Positions 19,095 through 28,100 of a stretch of 64,000 nt of DNA are shown piece by piece. The DNA comes from Escherichia coli (GTDB lineage Bacteria; Pseudomonadota; Gammaproteobacteria; Enterobacterales; Enterobacteriaceae). A model generated the notes under the pieces. It made no database searches, had not been told where the DNA came from, and saw nothing but the letters and a program-made list of their open reading frames with translations. Every line of letters starts with the position of its first letter. The first letter of the stretch is position 1. A program made the position numbers and the translations under genes. Location: assembly GCA_009729775.1 (NCBI GenBank), contig GCA_009729775.1_4081.1; one strand, written 5' to 3'.

Positions 19095-19669
19095 AATTCT
19101 ATCCCCGTATCGGTTAATTTCGTTCCGTCCATGTACTTAACAGTTATTTCAATGCGTCGATCAGTACTCAATTTTTGAAGATCATTGTAGTACAATTTAA
19201 ATTCTTCAAAGAACTCAAGTGGTGGAATATCGTATAAAGTACTAATCTGGAAGTGCTCAGGTAATCCAAATTCCAATATATCAATCTTAGGCATAAGTCC
19301 ATCGGCTGCTGCACCTTCTGGAGTACTGCTGTCTGCTACATAAAACATAGAATTACCATGACGCTGGATAACGAATATGCAATCATCTTCACTTACATAA
19401 ATCATATTTCCAAGGTATGGATCGTTATCACACCAATTATCATGGACGAGTTGTTCAACTTGAAGTAAATCTTTTATAATTCCCTGACCACTATCGTCAA
19501 CTAGAATATGTAAACCAGAACAATCTTTGCTCAACCAGCGGTATCTTGCATCACATCCTGATTCCATAAATGGATATTTTGAAAAATCCATATCAGTACC
19601 ATTATAAAACCAATCGTACCACTCGTTACGCATAGTAATCAGCTTAGTACTTAATTCTAATACATTCAT
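19091..19669 (-). CDS. family A paralog (outlier)
   Basis: 192 aa; motif PEHFQISTLYD...FEEF. Confidence 0.55.
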   Translation of the reverse strand: MNVLELSTKLITMRNEWYDWFYNGTDMDFSKYPFMESGCDARYRWLSKDCSGLHILVDDSGQGIIKDLLQVEQLVHDNWCDNDPYLGNMIYVSEDDCIFVIQRHGNSMFYVADSSTPEGAAADGLMPKIDILEFGLPEHFQISTLYDIPPLEFFEEFKLYYNDLQKLSTDRRIEITVKYMDGTKLTDTGIEF

Positions 19670-19676
19670 TTTAGTT

Positions 19677-19979
19677 TTATCCTCTTAATTTAATAGTACT
19701 GGCTGGATATTCTACCAAAGTATTATCAGGTAATCCTATACAGTAATAAGGGAAATACCCCATCTTTATATTAATACCAATTAAAATTCCTGTTTTATAT
19801 GAAGTATTAATTCCATAGTAATCGTCTATATCAACAGCAAGTCCATATAATGATATGTTACAATCCTTGATATATCGGTCAAACATTTTATACATTGCAG
19901 AATATAAAGTTCCATTGGATTGTCTCACCAAATCAGCCAACATTTTGATAGTACTGTTAATTAAATCTATACTGAACAT
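19677..19979 (-). CDS. small hypothetical protein
   Basis: 100 aa ORF. Confidence 0.45.
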   Translation of the reverse strand: MFSIDLINSTIKMLADLVRQSNGTLYSAMYKMFDRYIKDCNISLYGLAVDIDDYYGINTSYKTGILIGINIKMGYFPYYCIGLPDNTLVEYPASTIKLRG

Positions 19980-19992
19980 CTTTGTACCTGCG

Positions 19993-20016
19993 AAAAAAGA
20001 CCAGCAAACGCTGGCC
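19993..20016 (-). terminator. rho-independent terminator
   Basis: Minus strand GGCCAGC-gttt-GCTGGTC followed by TTTTTT. Confidence 0.55.
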
Positions 20017-20023
20017 TAAGAAT

Positions 20024-20305
20024 TTAAATTATTTCATAAAGACAATATACACCATCAACACCAGCATCAGGAAAATCAACATAGAAATTCACACTAACAG
20101 TGTCGTAATCTATATCAGTGATTCGTCCGGTTTTACCTACACTTTTTACAAATATATCAGTACCAAGATACACAAACTCAAATTCGTCAGCATACTCTTT
20201 TATGATATCTGCGAACCAACAACCACACCTAGGTTCTGTGTTAATAATTTCAAGATATAATGTAATATATTGTTCGTATGTCCATGTGTGTAGATAAAAA
20301 TCCAT
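20024..20305 (-). CDS. small hypothetical protein (family C-like)
   Basis: 93 aa ORF. Confidence 0.45.
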   Translation of the reverse strand: MDFYLHTWTYEQYITLYLEIINTEPRCGCWFADIIKEYADEFEFVYLGTDIFVKSVGKTGRITDIDYDTVSVNFYVDFPDAGVDGVYCLYEII

Positions 20306-20315
20306 AGCAGTTTCC

Positions 20316-21053
20316 TTAGAAATATATCATACCCATCAATTCAGAATCGGCGGGGCGAGTATAACCTTGCTTCTTAACTTTAAAATAGAATGATTCATGC
20401 TCTTCTAAATTATAACGTTTTTTCAAGCAACGAGTGTATGTCTGACAATTTGGGTGAACCCATTCATAAATGTGAATGCCATTTTCGTCATAACCATTTA
20501 TACTACAACGATTTCCTTCATGCTTCATAAAGTTTTTACTTTTTTCAGTAAATTCTTTCACTGTAGTTGTATATGGAGATTTGTATTCAAAAGGAACTTC
20601 AGTCATACGAAAATAATAGTATTCTTCGTCTTCATCATATCCCAAGAGCACTGTGTTAGTTTCACGTACATTGTAATGATTCTTACTTTTTAATTCATTT
20701 TCGTATATATCTTTCAGTACTTCTGCAAAAACTTCATCGCTTGATGCATTAGGATTAGATACACCTGATACTCGGCGTTCAATAATAAAATCAGTGAATT
20801 TGCGGTCTTCGGCAATATCTTCGTTCATATAAAGACTAACAAACTTATCCTTATATGTCTTTACACTATATTGCTTACTTTGTACTTCACTATAAACATC
20901 TGCTAACATATTCTCCTGACCACACTGCACACCACTTACAGAATAAGCACATGCATGTTCAGCCATTACTGATGTTAACATTTGGAAATTTGCCATGTTT
21001 AATTCATTCGCCATCTCTGTAGCGAAACGGATACGGTCAAGCATTTCACACAC
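20316..21053 (-). CDS. hypothetical protein
   Basis: 245 aa; AAGGAG RBS. Confidence 0.55.
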   Translation of the reverse strand: MCEMLDRIRFATEMANELNMANFQMLTSVMAEHACAYSVSGVQCGQENMLADVYSEVQSKQYSVKTYKDKFVSLYMNEDIAEDRKFTDFIIERRVSGVSNPNASSDEVFAEVLKDIYENELKSKNHYNVRETNTVLLGYDEDEEYYYFRMTEVPFEYKSPYTTTVKEFTEKSKNFMKHEGNRCSINGYDENGIHIYEWVHPNCQTYTRCLKKRYNLEEHESFYFKVKKQGYTRPADSELMGMIYF

Positions 21054-21084
21054 TCCTTGTGTTAATTATTGTTCCTTACCCATT

Positions 21085-21113
21085 ATTATATCATGAATTA
21101 AACTATTGTCCCT
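21085..21113 (-). promoter_or_regulatory. possible promoter with extended -10 (TGaTATAAT) upstream of 20316..21053
   Basis: Reverse complement contains catgaTATAAT about 30 nt before the ATG; -35 element weak. Confidence 0.3.
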
Positions 21114-21399
21114 GTTTATAGCAATAAAGATTCTCTAATTTAAAGTCCACTAGGTCACATTCAGAACGTACTCGATTCTTGTTCCAGAATAAAATACGAA
21201 TCCTTTCATAATCACGATAAACACTAATAATGCTTCGGTGCTTGGATTTGTAGTACTCCTGTACTATCCCCAGATACACAGTCCTCAATAAAGACTTAGT
21301 TGGATAGGGCATATTCTGTGCTGACGTGATATTGTAAATCATCTTCATTGTTTCAGCAATAAGTACTTCATTTGTTCTCATTGTAATCCTTACATACAC
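21103..21399 (-). CDS. hypothetical protein
   Basis: 98 aa ORF. Confidence 0.45.
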   Translation of the reverse strand: MYVRITMRTNEVLIAETMKMIYNITSAQNMPYPTKSLLRTVYLGIVQEYYKSKHRSIISVYRDYERIRILFWNKNRVRSECDLVDFKLENLYCYKQGQ

Positions 21400-21540
21400 T
21401 ATGCAAAGTAAACCCTAAACCAACACCGACAAATGGAAATAGTAAATTGATATACCAAGTATTAATTGATGAAAGGAAACAAATCCCACATACTGTCAGT
21501 ACTGCCAATGAAAAAAGACTCCAGATAAAAAATACTGTTC

Positions 21541-21831
21541 TCATAAAAATGTTACCTCATCAAATGAAAAGTTTAAGTACGTTGTTGAATCTTGGTCTAA
21601 ACTATGAATAGTAATATGACCATTGAAATAAAAAGAAACATCAACTATTTGAAGTTTTGGGTATTTTCTAGTACTGAAATACCTTCCTACTACTAAGTCA
21701 GAAAACATATTTCTGTATTCTTGTGTTACGTTTTTGTATAGGTTATGTAGAGCACTTTCTTGTGAATCGAAAGTAATGGAATAATCTTTCACCAATATAG
21801 CATATGTTTTCTGCATTAAAATGATATTCAT
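21541..21831 (-). CDS. small hypothetical protein (family C-like)
   Basis: 96 aa ORF. Confidence 0.45.
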   Translation of the reverse strand: MNIILMQKTYAILVKDYSITFDSQESALHNLYKNVTQEYRNMFSDLVVGRYFSTRKYPKLQIVDVSFYFNGHITIHSLDQDSTTYLNFSFDEVTFL

Positions 21832-22088
21832 AAATCTCCTAATACCTCAAAAATTACTGATATTGGGTATAATGGGTTACCAGTTGAAGTAATACATACA
21901 ATTAGTACGTTTTTTCCTGGTCCCACATCCGTTATAGTGAAATTAATATTATTAATATTCAGTGATTTACCAATATAATGCTCTTTCAATAATTCAACAA
22001 AATAATCCAGTACTGGATTATCTGCACTATATGATAACTCAGTACTTGATATCATTTTATATGTATGAACTATTAGTTCAGCTTTAGT
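21828..22088 (-). CDS. hypothetical protein
   Basis: Track ORF 21828..22214 trimmed to Met giving ATGA overlap with the upstream zinc-ribbon gene. Confidence 0.45.
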   Translation of the reverse strand, partial: TKAELIVHTYKMISSTELSYSADNPVLDYFVELLKEHYIGKSLNINNINFTITDVGPGKNVLIVCITSTGNPLYPISVIFEVLGDL

Positions 22089-22284
22089 CATGAACACGCT
22101 CACAATTAAGGCAATAAATGCACTCAATGTCAGGTCGCCATGATTTATCAAAATCTTTGTGCTGTTCTTCGGTGTATTCTGCATCATCATTAATAGGGAA
22201 GAAATCACCAGCACCAGTCGCCCAGTCTGAATCTAAACGGAAACGAGCTAATTGAGTACTGTTACAATATGGACACTTATTCAA
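22084..22284 (-). CDS. zinc-ribbon protein
   Basis: 66 aa; CPYCNS...CIYCLNC. Confidence 0.5.
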   Translation of the reverse strand: MNKCPYCNSTQLARFRLDSDWATGAGDFFPINDDAEYTEEQHKDFDKSWRPDIECIYCLNCERVHD

Positions 22285-22561
22285 AATTTATTCCTTCTAA
22301 CTGATATACGTTTAATGAAAATGACCCACTATTATTATCGCATCTGAAACACAGTGTTAAAGAACCATTAAAACTAACTACATCCGTACAGATACATTTT
22401 TCACCATTGGATATGATAGATTTTCCTATATATAAATCTCTTACTATAGTACGGTAATGTTGCCATAAAAAATAATACACACTTTCATAGTACTCATCTT
22501 TTACATATGATAAGTATAAGAATTTATAAAATACTTGTATTTCCTTTAAGTTGTTTTTCAT
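22277..22561 (-). CDS. family C tandem paralog
   Basis: 94 aa; N-terminus EIQVFYKFLYLSY, then YIGKS...G.L.L. Confidence 0.5.
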   Translation of the reverse strand: MKNNLKEIQVFYKFLYLSYVKDEYYESVYYFLWQHYRTIVRDLYIGKSIISNGEKCICTDVVSFNGSLTLCFRCDNNSGSFSLNVYQLEGINFE

Positions 22562-22835
22562 TCTCCAACTCCAGTAAATTTACACCAATCCAATCAACAT
22601 CACTATCAGTACTTAATTCCAATCGTAGCTTACCGCTATGACTAACAATATCGCGGAATTTGTATATTTTATTATCACGAACTATACACAAATCATGGTA
22701 ATATTCATGTAATTCATCCAAAAACTTTATCCATACCGAACGATAGATTTCACCGTAGAGATATTCTCCAGCATCAACCGTAGCGTATTGGATATACAAA
22801 AATTTATATGTGAATTGTATATCATTTAATAACAT
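22524..22835 (-). CDS. family C tandem paralog
   Basis: 103 aa; N-terminus LLNDIQFTYKFLYIQY. Confidence 0.5.
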   Translation of the reverse strand: MLLNDIQFTYKFLYIQYATVDAGEYLYGEIYRSVWIKFLDELHEYYHDLCIVRDNKIYKFRDIVSHSGKLRLELSTDSDVDWIGVNLLELENEKQLKGNTSIL

Positions 22836-22845
22836 ATGTAACCTC

Positions 22846-23157
22846 TTATAAATTCACCAACTTCACAACTTTAATCTCGATAAATCCCCTATCGGTTATT
22901 TCAAGAAATTCAACATGGATAATCCCATTGTATGATTTAACTCCAGAGAACTCGAATATATCATTTCCGTCGATAAAAGTACTGTAATTCTTTTTTATAT
23001 ATTCACCTACTGAATCTAAGTACTCAATATATAAATCAATAAATGGTTGTTCTTTGTATGGGTTATGTGAACCTATTTTGTTACTAACAAGGTATACATC
23101 ATACAAATCATATAGGATCTTATAAGTGAATTGTATATCATTTAAATTTAATCCCAA
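22846..23157 (-). CDS. family C tandem paralog
   Basis: 103 aa; N-terminus LNLNDIQFTYKILYDLY. Confidence 0.5.
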   Translation of the reverse strand: MGLNLNDIQFTYKILYDLYDVYLVSNKIGSHNPYKEQPFIDLYIEYLDSVGEYIKKNYSTFIDGNDIFEFSGVKSYNGIIHVEFLEITDRGFIEIKVVKLVNL

Positions 23158-23414
23158 GGGAATATCTCCAACGGAATACTGGTAAATCCAAAATCAGTGT
23201 AGTACTGAACCTCAACTTTACCATCACGTCTAATGATTATATCAGAAAATTCTGCATGGTCATCACCAATAATAACAGTACTGAATTTTTTTTTAATCTT
23301 ACCACGAATCGTATGAATCATTTCAGTGCATGTGTCTTCTAGACTAGGGCTATCATTGTCGTGTGCTAAATCTCGAATAATCTTGTATGTTAGTAGGAAA
23401 TCTTTATAATTCAT
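23148..23414 (-). CDS. family C tandem paralog
   Basis: 88 aa; N-terminus MNYKDFLLTYKIIRDL. Confidence 0.5.
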   Translation of the reverse strand: MNYKDFLLTYKIIRDLAHDNDSPSLEDTCTEMIHTIRGKIKKKFSTVIIGDDHAEFSDIIIRRDGKVEVQYYTDFGFTSIPLEIFPWD

Positions 23415-23686
23415 ATGTCCACCAAATCTATACTATATCTTTCATTAGTATTACTATCTATAAATGATAGTACTAATTTACCACCAAAACTATTAACTTG
23501 TTCTATCTTCTGTTTTTTACCACGAATGATTATCTCACTATTAACAAAATATTCACGTATCATTATTAAGTGATTAATCCAGATAGTATGAGTGAATGTG
23601 TTTTCTCGTATTGTATTGAGATATCTTCCATTGTGATGTAAATCAAACAAAACACTGTATGTATATTGTAGAACTTTATAATTCAT
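23411..23686 (-). CDS. family C tandem paralog
   Basis: 91 aa; N-terminus MNYKVLQYTYSVLFDL; AAGGGGA RBS. Confidence 0.5.
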   Translation of the reverse strand: MNYKVLQYTYSVLFDLHHNGRYLNTIRENTFTHTIWINHLIMIREYFVNSEIIIRGKKQKIEQVNSFGGKLVLSFIDSNTNERYSIDLVDI

Positions 23687-23702
23687 ATATCCCCTTACAA
23701 AA

Positions 23703-23727
23703 ATAGCCCGAACTTATGTCGGGCTAT
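23703..23727 (-). terminator. rho-independent terminator
   Basis: ATAGCCCGA-actta-TGTCGGGCTAT; minus strand followed by TTTTTGT. Confidence 0.7.
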
Positions 23728-23732
23728 GTACA

Positions 23733-24419
23733 TTATTCATCGTCGTCATCGTCATCTAGATCGATATAGATACTATCATCACCATCATCAAAGTACTCCA
23801 CAATAACTCCTGGAATATTAAGGGCAGTAAACATTGCATCATATTTCTCATCAGATGGAATCAAAACAAATTCATCAATGTTTTGAACTTCTGGCATTTT
23901 ATCTTCGGGGATACCCATATCAACAAGTGACTGAATAATCTTTTCTTTGAATTCTAAAAACTTCTCTTCAGATTCAAAATCCATAATAAGCTGTGCAACA
24001 TATCCTTCATCGTTACCGAATGAAATTGACATTTGTGCATCAGTGCCGACATAGCACCAAACACGTTTACCTGTGTGCTGCTCAATAAAGTTTTGAATCT
24101 GTAACACAATGTCATGGCGAGAACTGTTAGCAATGTTGTTAAGATTTTCTACACCAGCATTAATTCCAGTACTGTCATTTGTTTCTTCAAATTCACCATA
24201 ATCACCCAATACATACTGTACACCTTCATGATGTAATGCATATGCATAGTCAAGGTCAGCGAGTGAATCGCACTTTCCACGGATCGGACGTAGGGAAAGA
24301 CCTAAGCGAAGATAACGGAAGTATGTATTAGTATTTGTATTTGTCAACGTAATGCTCCTTAACAATATAAAAGTAGTTGCTGTTATTGTCAAAAAAGATA
24401 ACCATCCCTTTATAGACAT
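23733..24419 (-). CDS. hypothetical protein with poly-Asp C-terminus
   Basis: 228 aa as tracked; ends IDLDDDDDDE; N-terminal region overlaps 24328..24627 and a (GTATTT)n simple repeat, so the true start is uncertain. Confidence 0.5.
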   Translation of the reverse strand: MSIKGWLSFLTITATTFILLRSITLTNTNTNTYFRYLRLGLSLRPIRGKCDSLADLDYAYALHHEGVQYVLGDYGEFEETNDSTGINAGVENLNNIANSSRHDIVLQIQNFIEQHTGKRVWCYVGTDAQMSISFGNDEGYVAQLIMDFESEEKFLEFKEKIIQSLVDMGIPEDKMPEVQNIDEFVLIPSDEKYDAMFTALNIPGVIVEYFDDGDDSIYIDLDDDDDDE

Positions 24420-24627
24420 TTACACCAATTTTGATTTCACATATGTTATTTGATTTACTCGCTTCAGTCAATAACATTTTGTGCTCTTTACTGAAAGTGT
24501 GGAACAGTGGTTTGACATGCCACATTTCGATACCATCCAGTACTGAAAATTTTTCACTAAATTTAATCATTGATTCTTGTAAAAAATATCCTGTAAGATT
24601 TATTTCATCACACATGCAAGTTTCCAA
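24328..24627 (-). CDS. hypothetical protein
   Basis: 99 aa ORF; 3' end overlaps 23733..24419 by about 90 nt. Confidence 0.35.
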   Translation of the reverse strand: METCMCDEINLTGYFLQESMIKFSEKFSVLDGIEMWHVKPLFHTFSKEHKMLLTEASKSNNICEIKIGVNVYKGMVIFFDNNSNYFYIVKEHYVDKYKY

Positions 24628-24901
24628 GAAAATTAATCACATCTGCATGTGATAATGTATCATTACCTTCTAGTACATTAATGATAAACGGCACTTGGCG
24701 ATATAGTTCAGCCAAGAATTGTACCTCATCAGATGTGTAAGAATATCCCATAGGAACAACCTGTGCAGTCCAGTTTCCTAGAGTTTTGTTAGCAATAATT
24801 GCAACTACAGTATTACCTTTGTATTCAACATGGATGGAACGAAATCCTGATTGCTCATTTTGATCCCAAAGTACTGGATTGGTTTTGAACAGTACTGACA
24901 T
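24608..24901 (-). CDS. hypothetical protein
   Basis: 97 aa ORF. Confidence 0.45.
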   Translation of the reverse strand: MSVLFKTNPVLWDQNEQSGFRSIHVEYKGNTVVAIIANKTLGNWTAQVVPMGYSYTSDEVQFLAELYRQVPFIINVLEGNDTLSHADVINFLGNLHV

Positions 24902-24903
24902 AA

Positions 24904-25437
24904 TTATTTCCTCATGTATTTTATAACGTCTTCAAATAATTGTATTTTTAAGTCCTCGTCATTTCCAGGTAAAAACTCACGAAAACTAGCAAAATCTTCA
25001 TTTTTTGCGAAGTTACGCATTTGTGTTGAGCTATATTGACTTACATTACGGTCAATACCTGCCTGAATTGCTTTTATACTACAAAAATTATACAACTTAC
25101 CATTGTACATGTCAAGAGTTTTTTGAAAAGAATCAATACGGTCAGAACCACAAATGAAAAGAACATCTAAGTACTTTCCATCCAGTTCTCTCATTATATC
25201 AAATAGATTGTCTTCTGTGTAGATGTTCTCTTGCACTGAAGGATAGAATCCCTCTGTATAATACATTTTTAGTTCAGGTGGGAGTGGGTTTTTTATATTG
25301 TCAGTACTGGTGCTTAGATATATTTTTAAATCAGCATTGTACTGTTCTTGTAATGTTTTGGCCTTTTCAAAAACTAAACCATGTCCACGATGTACAGGAT
25401 TAATACGACCAAACGTTAATACACATGTTTCTTTCAT
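24904..25437 (-). CDS. nucleotidyltransferase (NMNAT/PPAT-like cytidylyltransferase fold)
   Basis: 177 aa; FGRINPVHRGH (HxGH motif) and SSTQMR (ISSTxxR-like). Confidence 0.6.
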   Translation of the reverse strand: MKETCVLTFGRINPVHRGHGLVFEKAKTLQEQYNADLKIYLSTSTDNIKNPLPPELKMYYTEGFYPSVQENIYTEDNLFDIMRELDGKYLDVLFICGSDRIDSFQKTLDMYNGKLYNFCSIKAIQAGIDRNVSQYSSTQMRNFAKNEDFASFREFLPGNDEDLKIQLFEDVIKYMRK

Positions 25438-25955
25438 AAATTCTTCATCACCAACCCAAGAGATTTAAGATAATTGATTTTAGCAGTGGTTAAGTACTTA
25501 TCCAGTACTATCAGACACGAAGGAAATGGTGCTGAATCTGTTTTCTTATCGGGTTCTTCTGGTATACCAAATCGTAATCTTCCCTTAATAAAACAAATAC
25601 AATCACATATTTTAGCAGCATAATCCTGAAAAGCAATTGTGTCGGTTCTTGAGGGTACAAGAATAACTACAGTTGCCCCGTTATTATATGCATCTACTGC
25701 TTTAGATAACCAAGTTTTCAAGTCACTGTATGGTGGATTCAACCAAACTATATTATTTCCCCAATCCTGTGATAGTGAATCATCTTCTGGAGTGAAAAAA
25801 TTATCACACAATGCAGTCTCATCTACACAAGCAGCATCAAGTGTAAATCCCCATAACTCATCCAAATCTTCAAAGAAATCTTTGGGAGTTGTCCAGTTAT
25901 CTTTTCCAGTACTGAAATGTACTGAATGTTTTTTCGAAGCATCCTTCTTCGACAT
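25434..25955 (-). CDS. phage-type DNA N6-adenine methyltransferase
   Basis: 173 aa; NWTTPKDFF...FTLDAAC...VWLNPPYSD (NPPY catalytic motif); ATGA overlap with downstream nucleotidyltransferase; AAGGA RBS. Confidence 0.75.
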   Translation of the reverse strand: MSKKDASKKHSVHFSTGKDNWTTPKDFFEDLDELWGFTLDAACVDETALCDNFFTPEDDSLSQDWGNNIVWLNPPYSDLKTWLSKAVDAYNNGATVVILVPSRTDTIAFQDYAAKICDCICFIKGRLRFGIPEEPDKKTDSAPFPSCLIVLDKYLTTAKINYLKSLGLVMKNL

Positions 25956-25971
25956 TATATAATTCCTTTTG

Positions 25972-26592
25972 TTAGAGACAGTTGTGTACTATCTTATCAA
26001 AAGTACTACTGTCAATGTTATATTCATATAAAAATTTAAAATGTGAACCGTAACGCATCATCAGATTAAACTCTTCTTCAGTATTGAACTTGTAATCATG
26101 AATAGTCTCAGGGGTACATTTTAAACCCAAGAACTCTATAATTTCAGATGTTACATCATATCCTGAATTGAAGTATTTAACCCAAACACATTTTCCTTGT
26201 GGGTTGTATTTTCTATATTCTCCTTCTAGTTCTCCTTTAATAATATGAGCCTTAACACTTATTGAATTATTACTATATCTTTCTTCAAAATAATTACCAT
26301 ACTGGGCTTTTGATATTGTTGGTTTTTGAGTAGGAAGTAATTTAACTGAAGTCACTTCAATTCCATTTTGTAATTCCTTTATATAAGAAATGCATCCTTT
26401 TTCTTTAATAACCACATATCCAGTAAAGATATCTTCGTCTTGTGATTGATTAATGCAATCATCAAAATTCAAAGTTTTATAAGTAACAGTTTTTTCTTTT
26501 CTAATAAATGCCATCATTATTCCTATGGAAACATCAATGAATATACGTGACGTTGATTGCATCAACATCAGTAGAATTATCATGCTACGCAT
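25972..26592 (-). CDS. hypothetical protein
   Basis: 206 aa; hydrophobic N-terminus. Confidence 0.5.
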   Translation of the reverse strand: MRSMIILLMLMQSTSRIFIDVSIGIMMAFIRKEKTVTYKTLNFDDCINQSQDEDIFTGYVVIKEKGCISYIKELQNGIEVTSVKLLPTQKPTISKAQYGNYFEERYSNNSISVKAHIIKGELEGEYRKYNPQGKCVWVKYFNSGYDVTSEIIEFLGLKCTPETIHDYKFNTEEEFNLMMRYGSHFKFLYEYNIDSSTFDKIVHNCL

Positions 26593-27130
26593 GTCTAATT
26601 CTACAAGTACTATTTTCTTTTAATTAATATTGACGGGGTTTGCTTGAGCATATTTCATCCCCCCGCAGGGGAAAGAACAAAAAAATTTGACGCTGGTGGC
26701 CTTCACATAGTTCATATCACGAATTCTCTTACGAGACGAAAGCGGGTTGCTCTGTTTCTCTCTATCGCGGTTCTTGTAGCAACGGTCGTCGGTCTTAAAC
26801 ATCCCGACACATAATACAAATACCATATGACCAGTACTTGTATTTGATTTCACAAAATTTGGACGCAACTATATTGTATAATTCCGACCGCATATTTCTT
26901 ATGAAATCTCCCTTAGATAATTGGTAAGGTGCGATCCTTATATGTCTATCGAGGAACTCTCTTTATCCTATTGGAGTTCTTTATACAGCCGCATTGCCGT
27001 GAGTGGTTCAAACTATGCCATCATCTAACGGGTTTCATCTGCTGTTCGTACTGAAAGGACTACTCATCTACCCTCTACATTTTCGAGTGGATTAGGCTTT
27101 TAATCATTTCCTTATGGGAACCTTTCAGGA
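26593..27130. other. GC-rich non-coding island (candidate structured RNA or degenerate acquired element)
   Basis: About 540 bp with no credible ORF, visibly higher GC than flanks; contains CCCCCCGCAGGGG, GTTGCT...AGCAAC inverted repeats; terminator immediately upstream on minus strand. Confidence 0.3.
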
Positions 27131-27166
27131 TTAAAAAAGGTGACTAACATATTATGTTGTCACCTT
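27131..27166 (-). terminator. rho-independent terminator
   Basis: AAGGTGAC-loop-GTCACCTT followed on minus strand by TTTTTT. Confidence 0.7.
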
Positions 27167-27194
27167 ATATTATATCATTAACTTATCATTTGTC

Positions 27195-28049
27195 TCAGTT
27201 ATATTCGGTTTTTTCTGTGAAATTTGTTAGTATATCAACACTAAAACTTCGAATAACCTCAATCTTGCTTGGCATGAAACGGTGTTTATTTTTAATATAC
27301 AACTCATCATCTTCAATAAAAGATGTAAAAATGAATGCCATATCTTCACGTGGAATTTGTAAAATATCACACATTTCATTTGCCGATGCTACTGGTGAAT
27401 CATTATAGTACTGAGAGTATGCACTAGATTGGCGACCGATTATAATAGAATTTCTGATTAGAAAATTACTACAGTACTGAAAATCTTTGTAGTACTTTTC
27501 AATAATGTACGGCATAAGTGCTTCTTTCACGTCTTCATAACCATTAGTACTATCAATTGCTATACAGTAATCTTCACGTTCTTTTTTCTCATGATGGTAA
27601 TCATAAACATACTCAAAGAATGAATTTTTATTTAATGAATCATTTAAACCAACTGACCCACTATAGTATGATTTTCTATCATTCATTCGATCATCTGGGC
27701 ATGATGCATACATAGAAGTGTCATGTGATGATGTACCAATATAAATTTTCTTAGTAATATGATTATACGCTATGTAATCATAATCTTGAACTCCAGTCAG
27801 CATTAACTGGAACATTAAATCATCAGGAACATCAATTAACGGGTACTCAAACTTCGAATATCTACTGCGGCAGAAGTTCTTTTCAAATGCTCGGTATGCG
27901 ATAAAATCTTTTAGATTTTTACAAGATTCATGTTCATGAGCACTACTGCTACGTACATTGACATTAGTCGATGTGCAATATCCATCCGAATCTTCGGTGA
28001 AGTTACCAGCATAATCCTTATTGTAGTCAACGATTAGATAAAGTTTCAT
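27195..28049 (-). CDS. hypothetical protein (possible family A relative)
   Basis: Start trimmed to MKLYLIV (GGAG RBS; longer form would run through terminator hairpin); contains DDLMFQLMLTG. Confidence 0.5.
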   Translation of the reverse strand: MKLYLIVDYNKDYAGNFTEDSDGYCTSTNVNVRSSSAHEHESCKNLKDFIAYRAFEKNFCRSRYSKFEYPLIDVPDDLMFQLMLTGVQDYDYIAYNHITKKIYIGTSSHDTSMYASCPDDRMNDRKSYYSGSVGLNDSLNKNSFFEYVYDYHHEKKEREDYCIAIDSTNGYEDVKEALMPYIIEKYYKDFQYCSNFLIRNSIIIGRQSSAYSQYYNDSPVASANEMCDILQIPREDMAFIFTSFIEDDELYIKNKHRFMPSKIEVIRSFSVDILTNFTEKTEYN

Positions 28050-28068
28050 ACATCTCCAGACAAAAAAA

Positions 28069-28091
28069 GGACGAGATAACAAATCCCGTCC
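28069..28091 (-). terminator. rho-independent terminator
   Basis: Minus strand GGACG-ggatttgttatct-CGTCC followed by TTTTTTT. Confidence 0.55.
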
Positions 28092-28100
28092 TTTGGTTTA

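Noticed and set aside
21828-22214. Long form of ORF 21828..22214
   Set aside because: The upstream 126 nt overlaps the zinc-ribbon gene 22084..22284 in another frame; an internal Met gives a typical ATGA overlap, so the gene was trimmed to 21828..22088.
26620-26868. 82-aa ORF inside the GC-rich island as a real gene
   Set aside because: No RBS, composition unlike neighbouring genes, and it sits in a region with strong secondary-structure potential; kept only as a possibility.
26593-27130. tRNA gene(s) in the GC-rich intergenic island
   Set aside because: No T-loop (GTTCRANYC), acceptor-stem pairing or cloverleaf arrangement found on either strand by eye; needs tRNAscan-SE to exclude formally.
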